A program made the translations under genes and the position numbers. A DNA stretch of 63,722 bases, filler included, from Neolecta irregularis DAH-3 (lineage: Eukaryota), in NCBI GenBank assembly GCA_001929475.1. It is 12 parts of 12 records of this genome, joined end to end, with 100 filler letters (N's around TTAATTAATTAA, not from the genome) between each part and the next. Parts side by side here need not be neighbours in the genome. Positions count along the whole stretch, not along the records: positions 9,748 to 32,261 come from LXFE01001113.1; 11 more parts are not named here. The stretch is one strand, 5' to 3'. Below the pieces are notes generated by a model, which was not told the DNA's origin, ran no database searches, and worked only from the letters and a program-made list of their open reading frames with translations. Shown here one piece after another: positions 11,494 to 23,443 of this stretch. How positions within the stretch are numbered: position 1 is the stretch's first letter; each line of letters begins with the position of its first letter.

Positions 11494-12128
11494 TAATCTC
11501 AAATGTATGTTATCAAAGGTCAGAGGTTTCTTGTTTTGGTTTAAATGTTTATGTACGCTCCGAGTTAGCTTTTTCAAGGGATTATTTTTCAATAAAACAA
11601 TTCTACGACTCGTTTCTCCCGCCCTGGGCATAGCCTGTGGAGCAGCTTGTTTGGGAAAACAGCATTGGCTGCGAGGTGGCGTCAAACCTTATCTTGAATC
11701 TTTCTTCATCCTGGAATGGGTTTATTGGTTGAAGCAGAAGAAATTTGTATCAAGAGGGAAATTTGAGAGTGTATTGCAATCTACACTCGAAAGGTTTGCT
11801 CATTGTGATGTCACGAGCCCCGTGAATAGCTGTGAAGTGGGGAGGTTTGTTGTGCTAGTCCTTATTATGAGTCGATGGAGAAAATAAATGTTCATTGTTA
11901 GCCACCCTACTGGCCGAAACACCATTCGTGGCAGATATTTACTGGGGTGGTAGGACGGACATATGAATCGCCCATCGACTATTCGATTGTGCTTGTCGAT
12001 CTGGCGAGGAGTTTTCGCGGAAAACCAGGGCAAACAAGCGGCGTGAGGGAGGATTTTCTTGCTATGCGCGCAGTCACGTGACTGCACCTAACCGCCAGCC
12101 TAATGCCAATTATCCTCCCTTTACGCCC

Positions 12129-13835
12129 ATGAAACAGGCGATCCTGCTACAGGCCGCACTCGCACTCGCCACCAACGCAGCCTGGGCGCGGCCGCGGGGA
12201 GTTTCACCCTCGAGTGCGGCGTGCGTATAACACCTACTAACATACAGGCGAAGCGGCATACCGCCCGGACAGCCGCGGCCGCTTTGCGTGCCTCGACGGC
12301 TCCGGCTCAATTGATGCCGCGCGCATCAACGATGACTACTGCGACTGTGCGGACGGGTCAGACGAGCCTGGTGCGCTGCTGTTGGCGGCGGCTTCTGCTG
12401 ACACGCAGGCACGGCCGCCTGCCCGAACGGCGTCTTTTTCTGCGAGAACACCGGCCACCTGCCCGCCTCCATTGCATCCTCCCGCGTCAACGACGGCGTG
12501 TGCGAGCCCGAGTGCTGCGACGGCTCAGACGAGTATTCCGGGTTCGCCTCCTGCCCAAACACCTGCAGCCAGGTCCACCAGGACTATCTTGCGGCGCAGG
12601 CAGAGGCCGCCGCCGTGCACCGCCAGGGCTATGCCGCCCGGCTGCGCTGGACCGCGCAGGGCATCGCGCAGAAATCGCACCTGGAGCACCGCATCCACGA
12701 CCTCCGGCTGCAGATCGCCGCGGCAACGGCCGAGGAAACAGCCGCCCATGCACTCCTGGAGCGCATCCTCGCACAGGAGAGCAGGATCGCCCTACACGGA
12801 AGTCCCCTCAAGGCTGCCTGTGCCCAAACGATCGACCAGTACAAGCAGGTCGTCTCTGCGCTGCGCCAGCAAACCACACTCCTCGAGTCCCGCATCAGCC
12901 AATACCAGCTTCTCTTGGGCGATCTCAAACGCGACCACAACCAAAACTACCATGACATGGCTGTCAAAGGCGCCATCAACGGCTATGAAGAGCTATCGGC
13001 CACACAATTCCCCCCTAACCCTCACTCGGACGAAGAACTTGACGCTTTTGAACTGGGGGCCTTCTACCAGGAAGTTCTTGACGAAGCGAGCTCCCAACAG
13101 CACGACGAATACCAAGAAGCCGTCTCAACTCGTACCTACCAGCCACGTACCCGCTAACCCTAGTCTACGACTTTAAAGAATATATACCCGCTCCCGTGTT
13201 GAAGTGGCTCCAAGAAAATTACAACCGCGCAAAACAATATCTTTCAGAGAATGGCTTCATAGGCGGCGGGTCCACTACATCTGCCTCCACCCCAGGAGAA
13301 TCACCAGGTACGCAAACATTCCAATCCAACTAATTCCAGCGCTCGAAACTGCTCGTGAAGCACTCTCCACAGCTCAAAAGAAATTCCAAGATTTGACCCG
13401 AGAACTCGGGGACTCGGAACGCGATTTCACCACCTATTTCGGTCCCCAGGAACTCTGGAGAACTCAAAAAGACGAGTGCATCTCTGCAGACCTTGGCAGC
13501 GCTACCTATGAAGTTTGTCACCTTAAACACGTGATTCAACAAAACCACAGAGATCACCGACGAACTACCATTGGGTACGGGTATCAGAATTTATCCTGCT
13601 TACCAATAGGCAATTCCATAGCTTTCAGAACGGCGGGATGGAGATGCATTATCTAAATGGAGAGAAATGCTGGAACGGGCCTATCCGCACTTGTATTGTC
13701 AAACTGCACTGTGCCATACAAAATGAGATTCAAAAGGTCGCAGAGGTCGATAAATGTGCTTGGGAATTACATCTGGGAACACCGGCAGCTTGTGTAGAAA
13801 CTTACCCTGATACACAAGTAAAAGACGAGTTGTGA
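12129..13835 (+). CDS. GTB1: Glucosidase II beta subunit (PRKCSH)
   Basis: Signal peptide; [35 protein letters not shown] domain [12 protein letters not shown]-terminal KDEL. Confidence 0.95.
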
Positions 13836-13883
13836 GTCATAGAGATGCACCGCATTTTTCTATTGCATTAAAGAGGACTACTT

Positions 13884-14985
13884 TTATCTATTTACATAAT
13901 GTCCATGCTGCGGTATTGAAGGTGAAGTGTGTTTTGGCGTTACTGGTTCTGATGCGGTCCCGAGTCGAATAAATAAGATAATTACCATCCCCACGATAAG
14001 TAACACAAGCAACAGCATAATCTTGCGTTTCCGTGTCTGTTTGTGATAATTTGCCGCCTAGAAAGTTAGTAGCATCCCCAACTTTCATACTTGGTCGAGC
14101 TCAACATTTGCTGCTTTTACGTGACGCGAGGCGGTTTCAACATTGTAGTCTATGCGATCGAGTAGCGTACCCTGATCAATCACCATACTTTGCAAATCTT
14201 TAAAGATATCAGCTAATTCAATAATTCCCTTTGCGATATCATCGATTTCTCGTTCCCGCTGAATGATCGCTGCGTCGCTGGGTTGCACATTAGACCACTG
14301 AAGTTGTGTCGACTGGGTCGGCGAAATATCGGTAAACCCATCATCGCTAATCGACGTTCCCGTCCTATCTATTCCTGTCCCCGCCCCCATTCTCAGCCCT
14401 CTCGGTTAGCCCAGTCCCTCAAACCAAATACGCTTCAAATATGCAGATTGCTTTTTACGGAATTGAGTAGACAAGTCTTGCACTTTGGAGGCAAGTGAAA
14501 CTTGAATGTTATGAGCCATTACTACTTGCGCATCTGAATCCAATTCCTGAGCTTGTTTTTGTACTCGTTTAATCAGCTGCTGGCACTCCCGAAAACTCTG
14601 ACCCAAAAGGTCAGCTCCAAAACAGATGAGGAGCGAGGTGCGCAAAACATACTTGTGTGATTTCATGCGTCAACTGTTCAATTTCTCGTTCTTCGTCCCG
14701 CCTATCAACGAATCCTGGCAATGCATGTTTCTCATGTAACTTGTCCAAACGGAAGCTTTTCTTTCGTACCGTTTCAAGTATATCTGCGACTTGATCGGAA
14801 ATATCAGCCCACCGAGGTGGTAGTATATCCATCTCGATAACCAGATCTGTTCCACCCGTGATCAACCCTTGTCGTTCATCGTCATCTGCTATTCGAAAGG
14901 CATTATATTTTATGGGCCCGGTAGGATGATGCGTGTATGACTGGCGGTAAGAAATATACAGATTCGTACGATTTCGGGTCGCCAT
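13884..14985 (-). CDS. TLG2: Syntaxin-16-like t-SNARE Tlg2
   Basis: RNRTNLYISYR N-peptide; LPPRW; SNARE motif REREIDDIAKGIIELADIFKDLQSMVIDQGTLLDRIDYNVE; C-terminal TM exon. Confidence 0.95.
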
Positions 14986-15126
14986 TTAGCACCAATTGTG
15001 GAGTGTTAGTGCGCGTTGATCTCCCAATATCTAACCATCCCCCTCCGCCTCTCTTGATTTTTTTTCCGCACAATATACCATTCCAATCGAGCGCTTCAAG
15101 TTGTGTCGGTCGCCTCAATTATAATT

Positions 15127-17208
15127 ATGATCGATACTACGAGCACGAATAATCTTGATGCAAACGCAGATTTTATCGCATTCGACTTGGGAGACGTCGA
15201 GGAAGAAGAAATTCTAGTCTCAACCGACGAAAAGAAATCACTGCTACAAAAGGCGAAAAGTCTAGGCCAATCGCTTCGAGATAAACTAGGTAAAGGCGAA
15301 AAGCGAAAACGAGAAGCACAGGAACGAGATGATGATGCTGCAGTTGTAGATTACAGTAACACTTCACCATGGATCGCTGATAAAAATTACGCAGATGAAA
15401 AAGAAGCTGTGAATATGTATGGATGCTTCGTGGAAACAGTATTATTAATAACGAATGAAGACTTCATCGAGAAATTCAGGATTTCGTGGCATACATTTCG
15501 CCGACGCCCATGGAACATGCAACCCGTCAATATGTAATTAACCGGATAAGAAACGTAATTACAAAACACTGGAAGGACACCCAAGTCTCTATTTTCGGGA
15601 GTTTCGACACACATTTATATCTCCCCACAAGGCACAATTCGATATTTACGATTTGGGAATTAACTAGATTTAGTGATATAGATATCGTGGTCTTGTCAAA
15701 TGGAACTAGAGTTTATGAAACCCTGCGAGATTTGCGAGAGATGGCTAATAAATTGACGAGAGAGGGAATCGCAAGGGAAATGCAAGTCATCGCAAAAGCT
15801 TCCGTATCCTCTTTTCCTTGGAACATAACATTAACAAGGGTAAAGGTTCCAATTATCAAATTTATCGAACGGCAAACTAAACTTCGTGTCGATATTTCGT
15901 TTAATAAACCCAGTGGTCTCGTTTCCGCTGCTGTGGTTAAAGAATTCCTTACAAAATATCCAGCGGCTAGGTGGCTGATTGTCATTGTAAAACATTTTTT
16001 GAGTATGAGGGGCATGAATGAAGTGTATTCGGGTGGATTGGGGAGTTATGCTGTTACGTGCATTGTTATTAGCTTTCTTCAGGCATATATGGTCTTTTGA
16101 TTATTGTTAACGGGCAGCTGCATCCTCAAATCGCAAGTGAACGAATACAGCCACATAACAATTTGGGCGTCCTTCTCATCGAATTTCTCGAACTGTATGG
16201 AAAAAAATTTAATTATGACTCTGTGGGAATCTCAATTGACGGAAAAGGCTCATATTTCTCCAAAGTATCTTTTCCTGGAAACACAGACTCACAAACCAGG
16301 TTGATATAGGATGGATTCGCCCGAATCAACCTTATCTATTATCAATACGAGATCCTAGTGATGCAACCAACGACATCGCCAAATCCTCTCATCAGATCCT
16401 CAAAGTCCGTTCAACATTCTCCGCTGGCTATGACCTCCTACTCGAAGAAGTCTATTTGATTCATGACCGGATACCTGACATTCGCCGCAATAGACGATCA
16501 AGATATATAGCGGGCTCTATATCTCTTCTGAAAAGCATTCTGGCAGTGAATAGAGATATTTACAAAGCCCGGGATCATATTGCTCAACTTTGGGCAAGAG
16601 GCGAAATTAAGGAAATGCCGTTTCTTGTTGATGATATACCCTATACTCCACCACTTCGGAAACCCCAGAACCGTGCAGTTGAATTTGTGGCCGTTTCGAC
16701 TGACGGCGAGTCAGACCACGAAGACTCTCGTCCAAAGCAGAAACAGAGGAAGGATCTAACTAAAAAGGCTGTAAAACCAGTGGTAAAGAAACCAAATTCT
16801 CAAGTGGCATTGGAAAACAGTGCACCAGCACCGAAGAAGAATGATTCTCGAGCCCTTTCTGCCGAACCTTCTCAACGGCAGAGAAAGAACGCCTCAAAAG
16901 GCCCTTCAAAAATAACATCAAGACCGCCTTCTACCGAACCAAGGGCATGTATTGATAAACCTTCAAATTCAACCCAAACATCATCAGAACCAGCTAAAAG
17001 GAAAAGAGTAAAGAGCGAAAAGGGGAAATCAAAAAAGTCATATCAATCAAATGCCCTCCCTCCAGTCCAAGAAGTTTGTGTTATCAATAGTTCGCCAGAT
17101 TCAAACTCAAATCAAGCTCATCCCACAAAACAATCCATGGACGAAGACAGTCGTTACGGTGCGATAGATAAACTTGGAAAAAAAAGCGATCCTATTGTGC
17201 TAGATTGA
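15127..17208 (+). CDS. TRF4: Non-canonical poly(A) polymerase of the TRAMP complex
   Basis: FGSFDTHLYLPTSDIDIVV, KVPIIKF, VDISFN, NEVYSGGLGSY, NLGVLLIEFLELYG; basic disordered tail. Confidence 0.93.
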
Positions 17209-17368
17209 GGGTGGTCCATAACTAGGCGTTATGTACATGTATTAGAGTTGTTTCTCATTGTTGTGAGAGAAAGTCTCTAGGTGTTCGGTTTGGTTTCTAT
17301 CAGTTGACTACTAAAGGTCAAGGAATAATGTATACAACTTCTAACTCTGACTATCTCTACTGGTTTAA

Positions 17369-19116
17369 CTAGTAAAGACCCTGAATGATATTAGTGCTTT
17401 GCTATGGAAGATACTTACGGGACACAACTTCCATTTGACTTTCTCGCAGTACATGTCCCAGTATTTGCCATACTTGGCACGACACCGTTTCTCTGACCGA
17501 ATAATTCGATGATTCAGAAGAATGTACATGTACTAAAATATTAGGACACTCGTTGCAAATTGTTATTACAATAATGTAAAAATATGGCAAAAGGTGATTG
17601 AATCCACAGGCCATACACATAGCCATACTCATCAACAGATCACCAACATAGTTGAATTGTCGAGAGAGACCTACAATATCAGCAAGAAAGAAAGACCTGA
17701 AAATACATACCCCAGAATCCAGAACATAGAAGAAGACTTTTATGGGTTTTGCCATCACTGGTAGAATAAACCGTTCTGATAACCTCGGCGGGTTTCCCCC
17801 AAATATAGCAATTTCCATCACTGGATCGAACGATGTCTTTTTGATAATTCGTCCCACGGAAGATGTAGTACCCAAGAGCACCCATAACAACAATTGCGAC
17901 AGCAAGCGACGCAGGAAGATCGATCGGATTGATTGAAAGGTATTGAGCTTGAAGAGTATACATGAATGGCAGCCATACGCAGTCACCCCAAGCAAGGTAG
18001 TAGCCAAAATGATCTTGCATTAGAATATAGCTGAACACCGAGGTACCATGAGCGATATCGATAGTCCGGAGATACCAATCTTCATTGTAGAAGAAGTCGA
18101 TGACGTAGGTCGCGTGAATCAGAATAACAAGAATCATGGAATTCGTAACATAGCCTTGATCGTTAGCTTTCAAGAGGAGATATACATACCAATCTTCTGG
18201 TACTGAAGGGCAGCAAAGCTTAGATCAATCAAGGTCCAAGCCACTATTCCTGGGCGTCCATTAAAAAATAATTTGAAATCCCACGTCTTTCCAAGCCTAG
18301 GGTTAAACTCGATTCCCATAAACAAGTCATAAGTGATGCTTCCGCTGAACTTTCTGTCTTCAGGATGCGAAGGGAAGAGATGCGCCTTAACATAGGCAAA
18401 GACCGTAAAAAGATATCCAGAGAAGTTTGCAGCTACGAAAAGCCCGCCCCAATTCTTGGCAATCAAAGCAGGATCAATGATTCCAGCATAGGAAAGCCCC
18501 AAATATAAAATATGTGTGACAATATAAACGGGAAACCCATTAACCTAGAGACATCAATAAGATTTCATAAAGATAGACGCACTTTGTAGAGAAGAAGGTA
18601 TCCCGCCGGAGTTCGTTGTCCATAACCAATTTTAGAAGGAACAATAGCATACATGACACCCTGATACAGAAGCCATGCAGAATATCCGATAAAAGCTCCT
18701 GTAGAGGGCTTCGGAAGCCATGAAACGAAAGTCCAAACAATCTTCGAAGCAGTCATACCTTTGCCAAAAAAAAAGGTAGTGGGAGCAATCAAATCGCATC
18801 CATGAGTGTAACATGCAGCATAAAAATAGTTCGAAAGCGCAGGAGTGAAAATGAGCATAAACAGGGACATCAAAGACGTAAAATATGAAATTTCTACATT
18901 GTCAGAAAGAGGATTTTGTGCGAAAAAAAGCGAAGAGCTCTCCGATGCGAGGCCAAGGAAAAAATACAGTACACAAGTTGCAGCAAACGTACCTGAATCA
19001 CGTCCCCATGTGTTAAAGTTCTTCAAGTTTTTTCCAAGCTTTGCATCTTCACTAGCATTGGCTCCAGTTGGTATATCGCCTTTCTCAAAGGCTCTTTTTT
19101 TGACGAGATTCGCCAT
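17369..19116 (-). CDS. DHCR7: Sterol delta-7 reductase (7-dehydrocholesterol reductase-like, ERG4/ERG24 family)
   Basis: [88 protein letters not shown]; ends KLCPGLY*. Confidence 0.88.
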
Positions 19117-20119
19117 TTACGGGACAATTGACCAGGTCAAAGGTTGGCAACTAGATTAGTTGCCCCCTGAGTGTGGTTGGATGACTTTTAAATAGTGAAT
19201 ACCAAACTAACTAGACTAATCACCTTTATCTTGTACCGCGAAAATGATACAAGCCGTCTTGTGGAGGATATTTAAGAAATCTCGCTTTGTTTCTTTTCGA
19301 CATCGTTGTCTGACCACTTATAAGTCATATAGTTGTATTGTTTCCACAAGTAAAAGCGTAGCTGTTCCCTGTAGAAGGGGCGGATATGCTCTACCCGTCC
19401 AAATCAAGAGTCTAAGAATCGTTTCGTTTTATCCAAGCTATGTTATGTCGATCCTGCAAAACTGTAGAACTGCGACCTGCATGTGACAAGTGTATGTTGT
19501 CACCCTTCCCAAATCTAGAATATGGGAATGACAAGAATCCAAATTCACGGAATCTCCCGTTAAATAAGGTGGAACGAAGAAACAAATCGGGGCTGATATG
19601 CATGAGAGTCAGGCAAGCTGTGGGGAGACGATATTATAGCTTGAGTTAAGCGTGGGATGGGTACAACAGATAATGCTCGAACTGGGGTAGATACGGCGAA
19701 CCCCGGATTATCACGATTGATGCCAACCCGGTGACAAAGTTAAACGTGTGGCTTCAAGCTCGTTCATCCTCATGAGGAGAAGGGATTAAGCGATAATACA
19801 GTATTAAGACATGGCAAGGAATTTGCAATTATTAGGAAAACGTTCACAAGAGCCTGAGGACGTGACTCTTTCGCAAAGCTAGAAAAATCAATTATTGAAA
19901 TAAGCACATATCCCGTGTAAGTTGTACGCCTGAGGTACAAATAAGCCAACTTTTATTTACTACTCTAAGCGGTGTGAATTTAGACTAGATATATGTATCT
20001 ACTCTACTTTTATACTCTGCCTTTAATAGTGGCCGCAATATTACCCAGCGCCCCGTTGTCAAATTGGTAGGGATATACTCGAGGGTATATCCTTACATTC
20101 CATCCCGCCAATAACCATC

Positions 20120-21523
20120 ATGTCGTCTGGGGAAAAACTTGTCATACTTGGGTACCAAGTCATTTCAGTTCAGAGTGTTCATCTTAAAGAGCCGGTGTCT
20201 TTGGTTTGACTATCGCTCTCCAGATCGTAAGCGCGGCTGTAAGAGTTGATATTAATTTCTATAAGGCACAAACAAATAGATTTTCGGATATAACGATTGT
20301 AGCTAAGCACTTCCCTGGGGATTTCAGTCCAGATTACACTTCTCCATGGTACATACTGAGCTCTGAATATAGTTCACGACCAGGGCCGGTGCACACTGGC
20401 GCAGTTTCGCAACTCGTCACCCACAAGATGCTTTACAAAGACGATGGGATGAGAATTCTTTTACAATCTTTCGAAAACTCGCTCAAACCCCAGGGACTGG
20501 AGTTGCTCAAACACCCGGCTACGACTATTGGGAGGAATCTTGTGACGAAACTAGCTTGGGGCTCGATGGATTCTGGTGGAGAAATGTGGTATGGGATTTC
20601 AAGGTTTTGGACGAGGAAGAATTGCCTAATGGGACTGTCTTTGGAATTGGCATATCGCAGTCAAGCTTTGCTCAAATTGACCGATATAGGATATACTACG
20701 ATTTGTATCAACGTACCCATCTATCTACAGTACCTCGTTTCACAGCTAAAATATTCTGGAATTGTGACATTTCGCAAAGAAGAGCTAGACAGGTTGGATG
20801 ATATATTTGAAATCGCTGGAATTGATTATTCACGAGTTCACGGCGTTGGTAGCAGCTTTTCACCACTAATTTTGCTAAAGAAAAGTCAACTGTAGTGGAA
20901 TTGGCATGGTGAAACTTGGAGATCCCCTCGTATATCCGACTCGAGGTCAAACTATCCTCGTGCGAAATGAATGTTCAGTGACGAAGACAAGGATGGGCAA
21001 GACTTCATTGACATACGTTATTCCACGCCCCGGCAGCGGGACAACTATTCTCGGAGGTTGTAGAGAAGGTATGGATGTGATTGCCTAACTTTATTAAAAC
21101 ATTAGACGGAAGCTGGTAGATGATTCGACATGAGGCCCCAGTCTAATCATCTGTATAGGGACACCAAAGTCAACACCAGTCTTGCCGAAAGTATCATGAA
21201 AAGAGCTGCTGCTTTTGTACCGGAACTTTTGACAAATGGACTTCCACCGGAGAAGGGAGGGTTCGATGTTATCAGCCATAATGTCGGGTTTCGTCCATCA
21301 CGAAAAGGCGGAATTCGTCTTGAAGCTGAAGATAAAAGTTTGAAGGTATCGGGAAAGTCTAAGGTACTTCCCCTTTATCACGCATACGGAGCAAGCGGAG
21401 CTGGCTACCAAGTACGTTCACATTTTAGCAGCATAAATGACCGTCAAGTGCAGTTATGGGGTAGCCCAGGATGTGGTCAGCTTGATTGTGAATCGTCTTT
21501 CTCTATCTGCCAAACCCAAATGA
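20120..21523 (+). CDS. DAO1: D-amino acid oxidase
   Basis: VILGAGVFGLT, DYTSPWAGA, VNCSGIG, YPTRGQ, YVIPRP, VGFRPSR, HAYGASGAGYQCSYG; about 8 introns. Confidence 0.93.
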
Positions 21524-21551
21524 TAAGATATGTATACAGAAATTCCAACGA

Positions 21552-22545
21552 TTATCCTTGTATATATCGCTCATTTTCTGCCGTTTCCCGAAATGTGTTC
21601 TGCTTTTCTCTGTTTGTTTTATCTTCTTCTAAAGCCTTTGCGAGTAGGTCTGAAATTTCTGTTACTCGTACAAGTGCAAGCTTCATGCAGTTCATAATCT
21701 CGTGAGGTTGCATCGCAACACCGCCGGCTTTCGACACTTGACATATTTCGTGATGTTTGTTCAGAGTAATCGTCATCTCACCCTCCCGTAAACGCTCTTC
21801 CCGTAAATCAGCGTCTACAATCGACACCGTCCCTGAGAGAAAAAATGAAAAAGTAATGCAGATCGGTATATGCATTACTGCAAGTGGGACTGGAACTCGT
21901 TCTGATGGAGGATGCTTGAGGGTATTAATACAAATAACGACTGAACATACGATTGTGACATCTTCTCCTTCAACCGTCACATCCGGCCGTCTGAAATGCA
22001 GAAGACCTGCGATTACCGCAATACAGGTGGCATCCACCAAACCACCGTCATGACTGAGATAGTGCACATCAGCTCTTAAACACCAGCATTTCTTTCCAGC
22101 CATTATACATAGTGATTCTGTATCCAACGCCCTGGACCTGCGAATCGCCTTCTCTATTAGCCTCGAGATGATAACCTCTTCCTCTGATTGTCTAATATTA
22201 GCACGAAGAAACAGACACTGCCTGATACCTGCCAGCTTCAAAGACAGATGAAGCCATTGGACTTACTTCAGTGTTGATAACAAAAATCCCTTCGAAAGGT
22301 CGATCAGAATAAGGTCTAGTTACTTCTGCCGATATCCTTACAATTATTCTGTAAAAGTGAGCTTTTTGCTACTGGAATCCGTACCTGGTTTTTCCCACCC
22401 GTACATCCACGAGTCCATATTCTTCACCAAACACGATTTTAATTGGGCGAAATTCTTCCACTGTTCTCGAATCTATTCGAATGCATTCCTCCAAGGCCTT
22501 GAGCACAAAGTCACGTTCATTAACAGAAGGATCAAGGTCTTTCAT
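21552..22545 (-). CDS. RRP45: Exosome RNase PH subunit Rrp45
   Basis: RLIEKAIRRSRALDTESLCIMAGKKCW, DGGLVDA, LLHFRRPDVTV, EICQVSKAGG. Confidence 0.95.
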
Positions 22546-23443
22546 TTCATGAAGTAGATTCGGAGAGGTTTTGGTGTTCAACAGTTAGATATTCCCAGAT
22601 TCGGCGAAATGGTTTATGGAGTCAATGCACTCGTCTGCAATATGCTCTCAATTAATGAGAATAATTCCAATACAAGAGAAACAATCCTTTGCACACGATA
22701 TTCGGTAAAGTTTTACCGTCAGCAAAAGAGGTGACTGAAAAGGGGCCATGTGTATTTATGAAGCAAAGTGTTATTCTTAATCGAGCTGAAGGACTTTTAC
22801 GGCTTGATCATTGTCGCCACCTCTGTCTAACAACAGCAACCCTAACTGCGGGAGTTCAGTTGTCCATTCCACAGACGTCAATATGAGCATCCTGCCCCGG
22901 TTGCTCTGCCAAATATATATGAGATCATGCTGTCACGAAGAGGACTGGCCGTGAGAAACTAAAATGACTTGTAGCAACACAACAATGAGGAAAATCGCGG
23001 AAAATAATGATCCATTCACCGACAATATCAGTACAGTTGGGCATTGTCATTATGGTCCCGGTATGGGAAACTTACGTTGAAATTTTTCGATTGTGAAATG
23101 TATTGTTTAAACGCAGGCCGCAGCAACATTTCCAAGAGCATATGGTGAAGGGTCAATAGATGAAGAACCATCCACCCGTTCTCAAACGACTGACTCAAAA
23201 ATCGTAGGCAAAGCCCAGTAAATATTTGGAAAGCCCTCCATCGTCAAAAGTTAAAAGAAAATCAACAAAAGAAAGTGCAGAAAGCAGAAGCTGCAAAAGA
23301 AAACTGGTCATAGGGTGAAGGCATTTATTGCTTGCATACTGTAATGTAAAGTTCCCCTAAATACAATATACACAATAAAAGCACAGCTCATCAACCCTTG
23401 CAGATATCCTGTATATACATCCATATTAATTCGCGGCTGAAAA

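Noticed and set aside
1-21523. P450, DHCR7 and DAO as a biosynthetic gene cluster
   Set aside because: Interspersed with housekeeping genes and gaps; no backbone enzyme is present
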